Positions 11,791 through 24,208 of a stretch of DNA of 64,000 nt are shown here, in pieces. Location of the stretch: assembly GCA_028534125.1 (NCBI GenBank), contig CM052816.1, positions 17,672,001 to 17,736,000 on the forward strand, read 5' to 3'. Position 1 is the stretch's first letter, and every line of letters begins with the position of its first letter. Made by a program: the position numbers and the translations under genes. The notes under the pieces are model-generated. The model did not search any database and was not told the DNA's origin. It saw only the letters and a program-made list of their open reading frames with translations. Origin of the DNA: Lama glama. Taxonomy: Eukaryota.

Positions 11791-14700
11791 AACCGGAAGT
11801 GTGCCCCCTGTGCTGTTTCCTGATGATTGGAGTTGTTTGTAATGATGTGGGCTGCTGAGGTCTCATCACTGACTTGTGACGTAGAACAGGGGAGACCACC
11901 AGGGAAACCAGAAAGAAACTTCCTACAGAAGTTGCTTGTACTGTAAATAATAGGTATTAATATTTATATATGTGGGTGTATTGTGGTGACATTGATTTAA
12001 ACAAAGTTAATTAAGTGCTTTACCGTTAGACTTCTCAGAGCCTTTAATGCACTAACGCACATTGTGGCTCTCCAAAGACTGGCATCACAGTGATTCCCAA
12101 ACTCAGTCTGTCATGGATTCCATTCTTGAAGAATATCTTAGAGCAGTTAGAATTCCTGAGATGTTTGGATGTCGGGGTTTTTTTTTTTTTTTTTTGGTTG
12201 TTTTTATTGTTTCTGTTTTTTAACAAATGCAGCTTTGAGAGTTTCTTCTTCAGAGACTTCATGATTGGGCCATCTGACCATAGATCCTCTGAGTTTGCTG
12301 ATGTCACTGTGATTCCAATTTCATAACCAGCTGGGCAGCTTTGCAAAGCATGAGCCCTCTGTGCCTGGGTGATTTTTTTTACGAAACTTGTGTTTTTCTT
12401 ACTCCCACAAGTTCTTGATGCTTGTGTTGCCCTAAAATTTGCTTTCACTTTTAAGGAGCAATATTGAATGTGTAATTAATTCCCTCCCCTGCTTATGTCC
12501 TTAACTATTGATTAGAACCAACAATTCGTATAATAATCATTTGAAGTATAATTATGTCTTATAAATGTTATATGAGTCCTGGGAATGGCCTTGTAAAACT
12601 CCAGAAAGTAAAGGACAGATACTTATAACCATTTGTTTTTTCCATTTCTGAAACCAATTATTTTTCTAAAATTGCTTTACAGATTGGCTATTAAGTTGAA
12701 AAGATCATTGATTTTTTTTTAATACTAGCATCAAAGAGACTCCTAATGAAACATGACGTGTTTACAATTAATTATGTTAGCTCTCACCTGGCAGCGTAAT
12801 ACCAATAATGTTTTTTTTCTAGTTCTAGTGGGACAAGTGGTATTGTTCACTCATAGTCTCCTCAACTTTGTGGGGGTTGGAAGGAGAGAGAGATTATCTT
12901 TTTGTTTAAATCCTTGGAGGATTATTTTGTATTTCTCAGAGTTTAAAATCACAACTTTAAATTTTTTTATCCATTTTTATGAGCTATTTTCTCTTGATAG
13001 ATGTAGGTAAACTTTGTCCTAGACATTAGTGATTTACCACATCAGTGTTTAAAAATAATTTATCAGAGATCTTTATTGGAAAGAATCTGGCTACCCCAGT
13101 CTATAGGGTGTTCGTGTGTTGGAGGACACTAGGCCAGGGTAACAGATGCTGGCACCACAGAGCATCTGTTGACAGCAAGCATGCCAAGGGCCATCAGTCA
13201 TGTACAGCCTTGCCCGCATAGTCATTTGCAGTCACAAATGCAGGTCTGGCAGCCCCCATCCCTTTCCTCTGGCTGTGAGCACCTTCCTTTGATGCTGGAA
13301 GAAGACCTTGATGACCAGGGTCGAGGGTCTCCGTCTTGTGGCAGGAACTCTGAAATTGAGACCCACACATTTGATAGCCTCCCAATTTTAAGCTCAAGAC
13401 TTTTCACCCCATTTTTCAGTTCTCCTCTGAGAAATTCATTTTTCCATTTTGGTACCATGGCTTTGAGAAGATCTCCTAGAAATTAGACCTAATTTTGCTG
13501 ATTCCTTTCACATACCTTAAAAAAATTTTTTTTTCCAATTCTATTATGTGTCTTCCCTCCTAATGCACTTCATTTTGTAAATCCAAGAGTAGAAGCTGTA
13601 GACTCAGTTACCTGCAGGACAGTATGTACCCCAGCGTGGTCTCCTGGTCCCAGCGTCCATCTGAATTTTGTTCATGTTGAACTTTGGGTGTTCTGTGGAT
13701 TTTCTGTGGATCCCTGTGCCACTGGGAGTCTCTTTAAGCCCCTTGCTTTGCGCCTTTGCGTACCTGTATCAAGCTCAATATAGTCTCTTTATGGCCAACA
13801 TGTTATTTTTATGTGCCTTACTTTATTACACATGAAATGAAACCATCTCTGACATTTTTTATACTCACTGAATTTTTATTAGAGTTATATCTTTCATCAA
13901 TAATAACATAAGCTGCAGCACCTATCTCTCGAATATATACTGAGATTGCTGCCACTGTTTGGAAAGAGTGCTGTTGCCACCTTATTGGAAATGGTTTCAT
14001 CCTCATTGCTTTTATCTTGTTAGATAATCCTTTAATCCCTGTTCATTGCCCATACATTTTGACTCTCCTTGCCAGTGCTGTTAATGCAAGCCCTCAGAAC
14101 AGTGTGGTGGGTGAGGCTGGCCCACCAGTTGATCAGTTTCATTACAGAATCATTAGTTCTGGTGGCTGCAGTGATTAGAACTGGAGGGTCTCACACCTGA
14201 GGCCAGCCGTGTTCATTCATAATAAGGGACTTAGCAGATATTTATGCAAGCAGAAAATTGAATCAGCAGCACCATCGGTGCATTAAATTATGGCGTTTTC
14301 CTGCAGAATTCCTGTAAAAATGTAACAGTAGATTTCGACAGAACCATTTCTTATGTAGTAAGACAGGGAGATAGGAAGTTTCCTCCATGAGTAAGTCCTC
14401 CATTATCTCAGAGACTCCAAACCAGTTTGTTCTGGTTGGTACCCCCATACCGATGTGCCAGTGCATGTTTAGATACTAACCATTTTTCTGTCGATTTCAG
14501 AAAATCACCTTCTTGATGATGTCTTTGGTCCTAGGAAAATGAGACTGAAAACAGGGGAAAATAGGAAGGCTCTAGCGCTGCATTTAAAATACAGAATACT
14601 AGGTTGCCTCTGACATTTGGGTGAGTTTTATTGTAATTTGGAGGGAGATAAAATAACTCCCAATTATGTGGTATTCTAAGACCTTGGTGTGCTCTCCCGT

Positions 14701-14859
14701 AGGTGCCAGCCATGATGAGAAAGGGAACAGGGGGCTCGAGAGAGAGCCAAAGGGAGCATCACAGGCTCAGTTACAGGTGGGATGAGGCACCTCCTGGGGC
14801 CTGTGTGGGTAACAGTTTCTAAAAAAAATCATCCTATAAAAGATGGTCACATACATTTT

Positions 14860-17080
14860 AATTTTCTTTGTTCTTTAAGTACGATTTTAAAGTCGGGTAT
14901 ACATTCAGACGGTTCAGAAGTAAAAATAAATAGGAAGGGATACAGTAAAAAGTCTCCTTGTGCCTGTTTTTCTCACCCAATAACCACTGTTATTGTCTAT
15001 CCTTCTGGAGATATTTTCAAGCATTTATTAATTTGTGTGTGCATGTATATTCTTTTTTAAAAAACATAAAAGAATGTTATAGGCAGTGTTCTGCACCTGT
15101 TTTTTACATTGTGAATATATCTTGGCGCTCTTTCTTAATCTGTATGTAGGCATCATTGTCAGCTTTTTTCTTCTCCTTCCAGTGTACGGATGTAGTGTCA
15201 TTAATTTAATCCATTCCCAGTTGGTGGGCATTCAAGTTGCTTCCAGTATTTTGCTATCATAAGCAGTGCTGAAATGAATAACCCTGTATCTGTGTCATTT
15301 CACACATCAAGTGCAAGGTATTCGGTGTGTTGAATCACCAGAAGAGAAATTAGTGGATCACAAGATACATACATTTGTGATTTTGATGCCTATTGTTAAA
15401 TTGCTCCCCCTTCCCCATAATGGTAAATATTTGAGAGTGTTTCCAAACAACCTTGCCAATAGATATGTCTGTTCAAGTCCTTTGCCTGTTTTTCTAGCAG
15501 GTCCTTGGTTTTTCACTTGTTGAGTTCCAGGAGCTCTTTGTATATCCAGAGAGATTAGCCCTTTGCCTCTTATTTGAATGCAAATATGAGATTCCCCGTG
15601 GTGACATTTGCCTTCTGGCTTTACTTAGGGTATGTTGCCAGGTAACAGCTTCATTTTTAGGTGTTAAATTTATCGACCTTGACTCTCTTGGCATCTGGAT
15701 TTTTAGGAATGACTCAAAAGACCTTTTCAACACCAAGGTTAATAAGGAATTTTCTCATCTTTCCCCCTCCCATCATGTTTTTACACATTTGGAATTTATT
15801 TCAGTGAGTACTGTAAGATGCAGGAACAACTTTTTCCTTCAGGTGCTATTCACTTGTCCTTACATCACCAGTTGAATATACATTCCTCCCCCCACCGACT
15901 GATATGAGATGCCCACACCACCTTTACTGTATACTGAGTTGGTATTTGGGTTGATTTCTGGAATTTATTTCTGTTTATAATCGTATTCCCATTCCAGGGC
16001 CACGCTGTCATGACATCATGGCTTTGTAATATGTTAGGCTCTCTGATAGGACTGCCCTTCCTCTTTACCCTTCTATTTCAGTCTTGTCTATTTTTTCTTT
16101 TCTTTATAGTCTCATTTATTTATTTTTCAAAATATACTTAATGATAAACTTGTGTCATTCTCCAGCTGAAAACAATGTTTTCATTAGAAAAGTATTACAT
16201 TTATAAATTACCCTTTAGAAAAAAATGACATCTCTGTGAATTTACCATCTTGCCCATGAAAATTGTGTATTTCTTATTTGTGGAAGTATTTTTGTGTCTG
16301 TTTGAAGGTTTTCTTTTACAGGTGTGCACATTGATTATTTAGTCAATTCCTTGATATTTTATTTCATGTGTGCTATCTTGAAAGGAATTTTTTCTTGGAG
16401 TAGATCTCCTAATTGGTGGAGGTTTGCATATTAGGAAGCTATCAATATTTTCAGGTTAATTTTTGTATCTTGCGAGCTTTCTGAATTGTCTGATGGTTTT
16501 TATTTGGTCTTTTTGGGGGCTTTCCAAGAATATAAACAACTTGTCTTTAAGCAGTCCTAGTATTATCTACTCTTCCCCAATTTTTTTGCTCTTTTAGGTC
16601 TTCCTAGCTTTCCCCTCATATGCTGTGAAATACTTGTGGTGGTAGTGAGCATCCTTGTCTTGATCCTGTCTTGGCCCATATTCCTACTGGCTTGTGTGTA
16701 GTGTTGCCTCATTAAGTATGAACCTAGCTTTGGGGCTGAGATAAATATATTTTTTTATGGCAAAGAAGAATACAGTTATTCCTCATTGATTGTTGTTGTT
16801 CTTAAGAATGGTTTTTGAATTTTGCCCAATACTTGTTCACTGTTTATGGGATGGTTATATGATTTTACTCGTGAGCTTTATTATCATAATGAACTAGTTT
16901 GATGGATTGACTAATATTGAGCAATCTTTGCATTCCTTGTATCAATTACACTTGGTCATGATGTAATATTCTTTTATTGTGCTTCTTGAAAACTATGTGT
17001 TAATTTTTTTGCACTGATATTCACGAATAAGTTTGGCCTTAGGTTTTCTTTCATGTACTGTAGTTGGGAGGTTTTGTACT
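14860..17080 (-). mobile_element. Old L1 (L1ME-like), ~2.2 kb, 3' UTR plus decayed ORF2
   Basis: Long T-rich block with L1 motifs, e.g. ccattcccagttggtgggcattcaagttgcttccagtattttgctat, gagcatccttgtcttgatcctg, ttgcattccttgtatcaattacacttggtcatgatg. Confidence 0.8.
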
Positions 17081-17344
17081 TACTTGATTTAAAAAACTAC
17101 TTTTTGTGTGAAGGAGGGCTTTCTAAATAAATTTATACTGTGAACAGGATTTTAAGAAACATGTTTGGCTTAAAGGAACAAGGAGTTTCAAGGACTGCTT
17201 ATTAATGTGTTCATGTATGTGGGTGCAAATTTAAACCATTAATGAAGGTAAGCTTTGTCTCTTTGGGTAGGCAAACCATGGAAAATTATTAGCATTTTAT
17301 TACTACTAATAAGAACTAACAGGATCAATCCTTAGTTAACTAAA

Positions 17345-17560
17345 TCAATTAGTTTAACATGTAGTAGGTTGGCTTTACATATATTAGCTCATCTTAGTCT
17401 CCCATAATCCTTAAAAGAGGAAATGCCTTTAACTTACAGAAGAGAAAACCGACTTGGAAGAGGTGAGCATGACTTGGCCAAGATCACACAGCTAGAAAGG
17501 GATGGAACCACACTTTAAACTTGTGTCTGTTTGACCCCGCATACATTCGCTCAACCTTGG
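17345..17560 (-). mobile_element. MIR SINE
   Basis: ctttacatatattagctcat...ttacagaagagaaaaccgac...tgacttggccaagatcacacagctag. Confidence 0.75.
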
Positions 17561-17630
17561 TGATGAACTGTTGTTTAAATAAATTTGAGTTGTTATAGGT
17601 AATGGGAAGTAAGAAAACAATTTCCTTAAG

Positions 17631-17817
17631 CAGTGGCCTCTAAGTCTGATCTCCAGGCCAGTAGCATCTGCATCACCTGGGAGCTTGTTTGACATGCACA
17701 TTCTCAAGCCCACATCCAGATTTGAAGCAGAAACTCAGGGGTGAAGACCAACAGTCTGTGTTTTACTAAGGCCTCTGGGTGAAGATCTCTAGAGACACTT
17801 AAGTTTGAGGACCAGTG
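17631..17817 (+). mobile_element. MER5A hAT-Charlie MITE
   Basis: cagtgg...gcatcacctgggagcttgtttgacatgcacattctc...ctgtgttttactaag...aagtttgaggaccagtg. Confidence 0.85.
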
Positions 17818-18329
17818 GGTTCGAAACTGCAAGCGACCTTTCCCTTGTGCAGTCTGAATTTTAGGAATTGCTAGCTTGCTGACTCTATGAAGAGGGCAGG
17901 TATTCTGTATTTTCTCCATTTACTCTTGAGAAATAAAAGCTAATCCTTTGTTTGACACCTTATGGTTTGTTCACAAAAGGGAGTATTTGCTGAGCTTCGC
18001 TTCTTAGGAAACTTGTGAAAATTAAACATTTTCATGAAATGTCAGTAGAGCATCATTTACTCACAGCCTCAGTCCAGGCAGAGGTCTTAAATAAACTAAT
18101 TAGACTTCATTTTAGGAGCATGAGCAGTTCAAAGATTTGCGTGTTTTCTACCTATGGCCTCTGTGCAGGATGTACCTTCCGGGACCGACTAGATGTGGGA
18201 AAGGGGCTAGCAGGGCTGGGACCCAGCAGCCTCAGCTCGCTGCCTCTGACAGGCTCACGAGGCATGTGTTCTGTTTCCTGGAATGAGTCAATGCCAGGAG
18301 GAAGGTACAGTGATGACAACCTGCCCGCT

Positions 18330-18660
18330 TGACCTCATCTCCGCACAATGCCACCAGAGTGAGGAAATAATGATAATTTACTTAACCTGAAAGTCTCAAG
18401 CCAATTAATGATTTCTATCCAATTGCCAATTGCTTGCCCTTCCCTTCCGGGTGTAGAATTCATTTCGTTGGCATCACGGATTTACAAAAGGCAGACGGCT
18501 TGCAAGCTAATTGGGTAAAGTCGTTACAGAGGGCAGCATGTCTGTGAGCTGGAGCAGTGCTAAAGTGGTTTTTGATAACATGCCCCTCGTCCCGACATTG
18601 CTTGTCACCCCCAGAGTAATTAGATTAAATGGTGTCAGCTTGGGGCTGTGAGGATGCTGT
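18330..18660. promoter_or_regulatory. Candidate conserved non-coding enhancer
   Basis: Repeat-free and CpG-retaining, with clustered TAAT/ATTA motifs, a P3 site TAATTAGATTA (18617-18627) and flanking TGTCA sites. Conservation not verified. Confidence 0.5.
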
Positions 18661-19047
18661 GGGTTTACCAACAACCAAGTGTAGTTTGCTGAAACTAGCT
18701 TTTAATTATATTTAGGTGTCTTATCTAAGTCTAGGAGTTTCGAGACTGACATATTTCTGTGCTCAGTGGATGTCTTCCTGTTAGGCATGTGCATGTGTGG
18801 GTATGTGGTGGGGGGGGTGTATGGTGGGTGCAGATGCATGTGTTTAAACGAACCACTTTCCTGGGACTGCAAGTATTGTGCCTCTGTGTGTGCTGACTCT
18901 AAAAAATACACCACCTGTGCCCACCATCCAGGTCAGAAATTACCACACCCGCAGTTCATTTTTCCTCTGATGTGAGGTCTGAGGGCTGGAGACGAGTTGG
19001 TAGAGTTCTGGGAAGCTCAGAGATGCCTGCACAGACATACATCTATG

Positions 19048-19450
19048 CACAGGAGGGGTCTAATAATTGTGGGGGCTATGGCAAGAGTGTAAATGGAGGC
19101 TCATGTTTTTACCTTATGTTTAAACAATTAAGTTGTAATATAATCAAGCTCACACCTAAATGGTGCCATATGTTCTGTCCTCCTCCCTTGACAGAGGGAC
19201 CTTACTAATGACCTGGATGTGGTGTGTGGAGAGGGAGCCCCTTTCATCCCTCCCTCAGCTTCCTCCTGCTCCATGAAGGGCCTTGTGGGTCTGCTTGCAG
19301 ACGCCCAGCCTTCTGGTCCAAACTCTGATCCTCAACTCATCTTCACTGTGGCCTGCTGCCCTGTCGCCTCTTGGGCCTGGGGGGCCCTCCTGGTGGCTCA
19401 GGCCACCTGAAAGGATGCACCCAAAGAAAAGGCCCTGAACATTGGCTCAG
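19048..19450 (+). mobile_element. Ancient hAT-Tip100-type non-autonomous DNA transposon (MER96B/MamTip-like)
   Basis: ggcaagagtgtaaatggaggctca...aatcaagctcac...atatgttctgtcctcctcccttgaca followed by a CpG-decayed GC-rich segment. Exact family uncertain. Confidence 0.55.
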
Positions 19451-19775
19451 GATCATTTTAGCAGGAAATACTTATTCTGGGGAACAAGGACATGGCCTCG
19501 AAGCGGGAGCATGAGCTTTGTGTACGCATGGCTTAGAGAACTTGGGCACAGCCAGACAAGAGCCAGAGAAAGATCTTTCTCTGCCCGGTCTAACTGCATC
19601 TAGGGGAGCTTGTGAAATGTTAGTAGGATTTCATTTATCTAGGGCCTTGATCAAGGGAGAGCCATTAAACACAGGCTTGTGGATTCATGCATACATCCCC
19701 ACCGACGTTTACATCCTGTGCCCAGACATGGAGCTACCTGTGTGAGTCTTATGTGGTCCTTGCACACTGTGCCCT

Positions 19776-19824
19776 TACACGTGCATGCACGCGCGCGCAC
19801 GCACACACACACACACACACACAC
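19776..19824. repeat. Compound (GC)n/(CA)n microsatellite, 49 bp of perfect purine-pyrimidine alternation
   Basis: tacacgtgcatgcacgcgcgcgcacgcacacacacacacacacacacac. Confidence 0.9.
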
Positions 19825-20789
19825 CATGTGGGCACACTCCTATACTCCTAGCAGACGTATGTGCATCCTCTTATATATACAAACACACACTCAGCAACTG
19901 TCACCTGTCTGCTATACTGTGGCACCCACATACCTGTCATAAATCTTTACAGACACGTGTATCTGTTAGCCTTGCACATGTGTGCACACCCACAACATTT
20001 TGCTTGTCCACACATCTCCAAACCTCTTGGGCCTCTTTCTGCACATACTCACTTCTCTAACACGTAGCCGCACTTACTTCATCTGGCATGTTTCTCTTAT
20101 CAGCAGTTGTCATCGTTGGTGTCATCAAGGATCAGGTTCACACTCACAGCTAAAGTAAGGCTGCAGGATTTTAGGCATGGTGATTTTATTGAGATTCTAC
20201 TTAGGACTCAATAGCAGACAATGAAAACTGAACCTGTTGCATTTACTGATGACCATAAAGCAGTCTGGACAAAAAACCTCAGACATCAGCTGTGTTTCCG
20301 TGGGTGGCACAGTCCTACTAAAGGTTGTCGTGTGTCATCCAGCAGGGCAGAGTGTTTGGCGCTGGCTCCCTTGACTGGATGTTTTAGGAGCAGCATTCAC
20401 AATTCCTTATAGTATCCCACGGCCTTGCTTCCTGGACACAGAGAAACTCGTGCAGGGAAGACTGAGTGACCCTGGGTCTTCCTGTGGCCTCAGCTCTCAC
20501 TTAGCCCAACATAAAGCTTTGAAAATCTGATCTCCCGGTCACTGCCTGGAAGGCAGATGCAAATAGTTTACTCTTTTTAGTCACTTTCATAGCATCACCG
20601 TCTCTGCAATGGAACAGTGTGTTGTTAGTGAAGCGCTTCCAGGTCAGCAATAGTTGGGCAAAAGCCCTTTAGTATCAGTGTCTTGTCTGCCTTACAGTAA
20701 AAGATGTCCAACTGTGTAATGGGACATTTCTGTTTGAAATGGGTTTTGTATTCAATAGTAGGATTATATTTCACGTGACTTAACTTTTG

Positions 20790-21195
20790 AAAAATGAACT
20801 TTTATGTTGGAATGCCTTTAGATTTACAGAACGGTACATCTGAAATGTATCTGCAGAGATACACAGAGTTCTTATATATCCACCACCCAATTTCACCCAT
20901 TGATAACATCCCATATTACCATAGCACATTTGTCAAAACTAAGAAACTGATACTGGTACATGACTTCTAGCTGAACTTCAGACTTTCATCACTTGGTAAA
21001 AGCAGAGTTTTCCAGTCTTCTCCTCTGTAAGGCTGTTTTTCCCTTTCCCCACACTCCTCTTTGGAAGCAAGTCACCACATCTAGTCCATCATCAATGGGG
21101 GAGGGAGGAGTTAAGCTCCACCTCCTGGAAGGAGCGGTATCTACAGATATTCTTTGGAATTCTACTGAAAGAAAGTTTTCACTCCTTCTCACTTT
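20790..21195 (-). mobile_element. L1MC-like 3' end fragment
   Basis: tttagatttacagaa...cacatttgtcaaaactaagaaactga...ctttggaagcaagtcac...gagttaagctccacctcctggaaggag. Confidence 0.75.
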
Positions 21196-21221
21196 TAAGA
21201 AGATATGAAGATATTTGGTGC

Positions 21222-24186
21222 AAATTCTAGTCTGGACAGAATGTCATAGATGTGTTTATCCCTGCTTCTCCCTACTAAGAGTGACAGTAAACCCTGGAAG
21301 TAGCACAAGAGGTGACCAGAGGAGAAGTCTGAAAGGAAGGTTCATTGGTCTGGGACCCAGGACTGGAGGAACAGCTCAACAGCAGACTGCCTTATGTCCT
21401 CCCCCATGAGCCCGACAGAAGGCCACCCAGGCATGGCCTTTCCTGAACTACAGTGTAGCACCAAAAAGTAGCCCAGGTAGGCTCTTCCTCTCTTGATACA
21501 GTAAGAGTCCCTTCAACAACACTGAGTGAACCCAGTGTCTTGGCTCCACCAACAGTGGTAGCTTGGGAAGCTTCTTTGTTCTCAAGAGCCTGAGACTCCC
21601 ATCCCTTACCCAGAGACACCTGGGCAGCTGGAGGATGCCCTCCTCAACAAGCATTCAGGGACATCTCTTCATCCTCACGAGCCCAAGACTCTCCTTCCCA
21701 ACCAAGAAACACTGACTGGCTTGGACTGGAGATTCCCTTGCTTTGAGGAGTGAGGCAACGAAGTCTGCTGTCACCACTTACTCATCATAGTACTGGAAGT
21801 TCTAGCCATTGCAATAAGATGAGAAAAAGAAAAAGCATTGGAAAGGAAGAAATAAAACTGTGCCTATTTGTGGATGACATGGGGTTCTGTGTAGAAAACC
21901 CCAAAGAATACTATTTTTAAAAATCTCCTAGAACCAGGAAGTAAGCTCATGAAGGTCACAGGATACAAGATGAATGCACAAAAACCAGCCACGTTTCTGT
22001 ATGCCAACAATGAATATAGGAAAACTGAAATTAACACAATACCATTTATGTTCACTCCAAAGGAATGAAATATTTAGGTATACACTGAAATCATGCACAG
22101 GATCTATATTCTGAATGTTACAAAATACTGGTGAAAGAACTCAAAGAAGACTTAAATAAATAGATACATCTTGTTCATGAATTGGAGGACTCAACATAGT
22201 AAAGATGTCCGTTCTCCCCAAATTGATACACAGGTTTAAAGAAATTCCAATCAAAATTGCAGCAAGGTTTTTTGTAGATGTAGATAAGTTTAGTCTAAAA
22301 TTATGTGGACAGACACAGGCCCTAGAATAGATAAAATGATCCTGACAAAGAATTAAATACGAGGAATCCCTCTACCTTGTATTAAAGCTTACTGCATAGC
22401 TACGGTAATTAGGCAGTGTGGTATTGGCAGAGGGATAGACGTGTGGATCAATGGAACAGAATAGAAAACCCAGAATTATAACCAGACTAATATGCTCAGT
22501 GATTTTTGTCAAAGGTGCAAAAGCGTTTCAATGGAGGAAAGGTAGCCTTTTCAATAAATGGTGCTAGAGCCGTTGGACATCTGTGAGCCAAAATCAAACT
22601 TCACACCTAAAATAAAAGTTCATTCAAAATGGATTGTGGACTTAAATGGAAAATGGAAAACCATAAAACTTTTGGGGGAAAAAAAACGTAGGAGAAAGTC
22701 TTCAAGATCAAGAACGAGACAAAGAATTTTTAGATTTGAAAACAAAATCATGATCCAGAAAAGGAAAATTTGATACATTGCGCTTCATCAAAATATCAAA
22801 AACTAGTAGTCTGTGAAAGACCTTGCTAAGAAGATGAAGAGACAAGCTGTATACTGGAAATACTTGCAACCCACATATCCAACAAAGGACTAGTATCGAG
22901 ACTGTATAAAGAACTCTCACAACTTAAGACTCGAAAAATGTGCCAATTAGAAAATGGACAAAAGTCATGAAGAGACATTTCACTGGAGAGAGTTCACAGA
23001 TGGCAGAAAACCACATGAAGTGGCCTTCAGTATCAGTAGCCATCAGAGAAATGCAAATTAAAATAACCGTGAGATACCGTTGCACACTTAGCAGAATGGC
23101 TAAGATGAAAAAAAAAAATAGTGGCAGCACCAAATGCTGGTGAGGATGTAGAGGAAAAAAATTACCCATAGTCGTTGGTGATTATGCACATTCACTCTAA
23201 AATGCAAGTACCGTGCAAGCGGCCACTGAGCACTAGGACATTTATCCCAGAGAAATGGAAACTTAGTTCATACAAAAACTTGCACATAAATTTTTTTAAC
23301 CTAAGAGATTGTTTTATATGAATAGGCAAGACGGAGTGTGTAGGAGATAATCTAAATCAAATGAATTTTGTAACCAGTGGCTTTAAAAGCATAACAGAAG
23401 TGTATTACATAGCTCACATACAGAAACTAATACCAGTTTCCAAATGGCCAGATGAGTCCTACCACTTTTTTTCTTGTTTACTTCCCCCCCAGCTTTATTG
23501 AGATAGATTTGAATATAACCCTGTGCAAGTTAAAGGTGTACACACCAATGTTTATTGCAGGTCTATTTGTAATAGCTGGAACCAGGTCAGAGATGCTTCA
23601 GTGAATCAGTGTTAAACAGACTGTGGTATTACGGAGTAGTACTCAGCAATGAAGTCAGAACACAGTATTGATACATGCAGCGGTCTTAATGAATCTCTAG
23701 GGAATTTTGCTGAGTGAAAAAAAGCCAATTCCCAAAGGTTACATACTGTATGGTACCATTTAGAGTTTAACATTTTCAAAATGTCGAAATTCTAGACTTG
23801 GAAGAAAGACAAGTGATTGCCAGTGGTTAGAGATGGCAGGAGGGTTAAGAGGCTTCAGGAGAGGGAAAAGGGTGGTGTAAAACGGTGATACCAGGGATCC
23901 TTGTGGTGACAGAAGTATGCTGTATGTTGACTTTGGTGGTGGATACACAAATTCACGTGTGATGGAATTATACAGAACTGAACCCCACACACACAGTGCA
24001 AGTAAAATTGGGGAAATCAGAGTAAGATGGATGGGATTTATCAGTGTGAATATCCTAGTTGTGATGTTGTACTATAGTCTTGCAAGAAGTTACCGTTCAA
24101 ATAGACTGTGTATGGGATCTCTGGATTATTTCTTACAGCTGCTTGTGAATCTACAGTGATTTCAATAAAAATTTCAATGAAAAAAG
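21222..24186 (+). mobile_element. L1MD element: 5' UTR-like segment (~21222-21735) joined to decayed ORF2 RT/C-terminal region and 3' UTR
   Basis: ORF2 motif ctatttgtggatgacatg (LF[A/V]DDM) at ~21864; gatcaatggaacagaataga; 3' end cttacagctgcttgtgaatctacagtgatttcaataaaaatttcaatgaaaaaa of L1MD type; the 5' part resembles the L1MDa/b 5' end. Confidence 0.8.
23466..23540 (-). mobile_element. Short 5'-truncated L1 3' end (L1MA-like) nested in the L1MD
   Basis: cccagctttattgagatagatttgaatataaccctgtgcaagttaaaggtgtaca is a reverse-complement L1MA 3' terminus with AATAAA. Confidence 0.7.
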
Positions 24187-24208
24187 AGACACAATGTGAT
24201 GGAATCAG

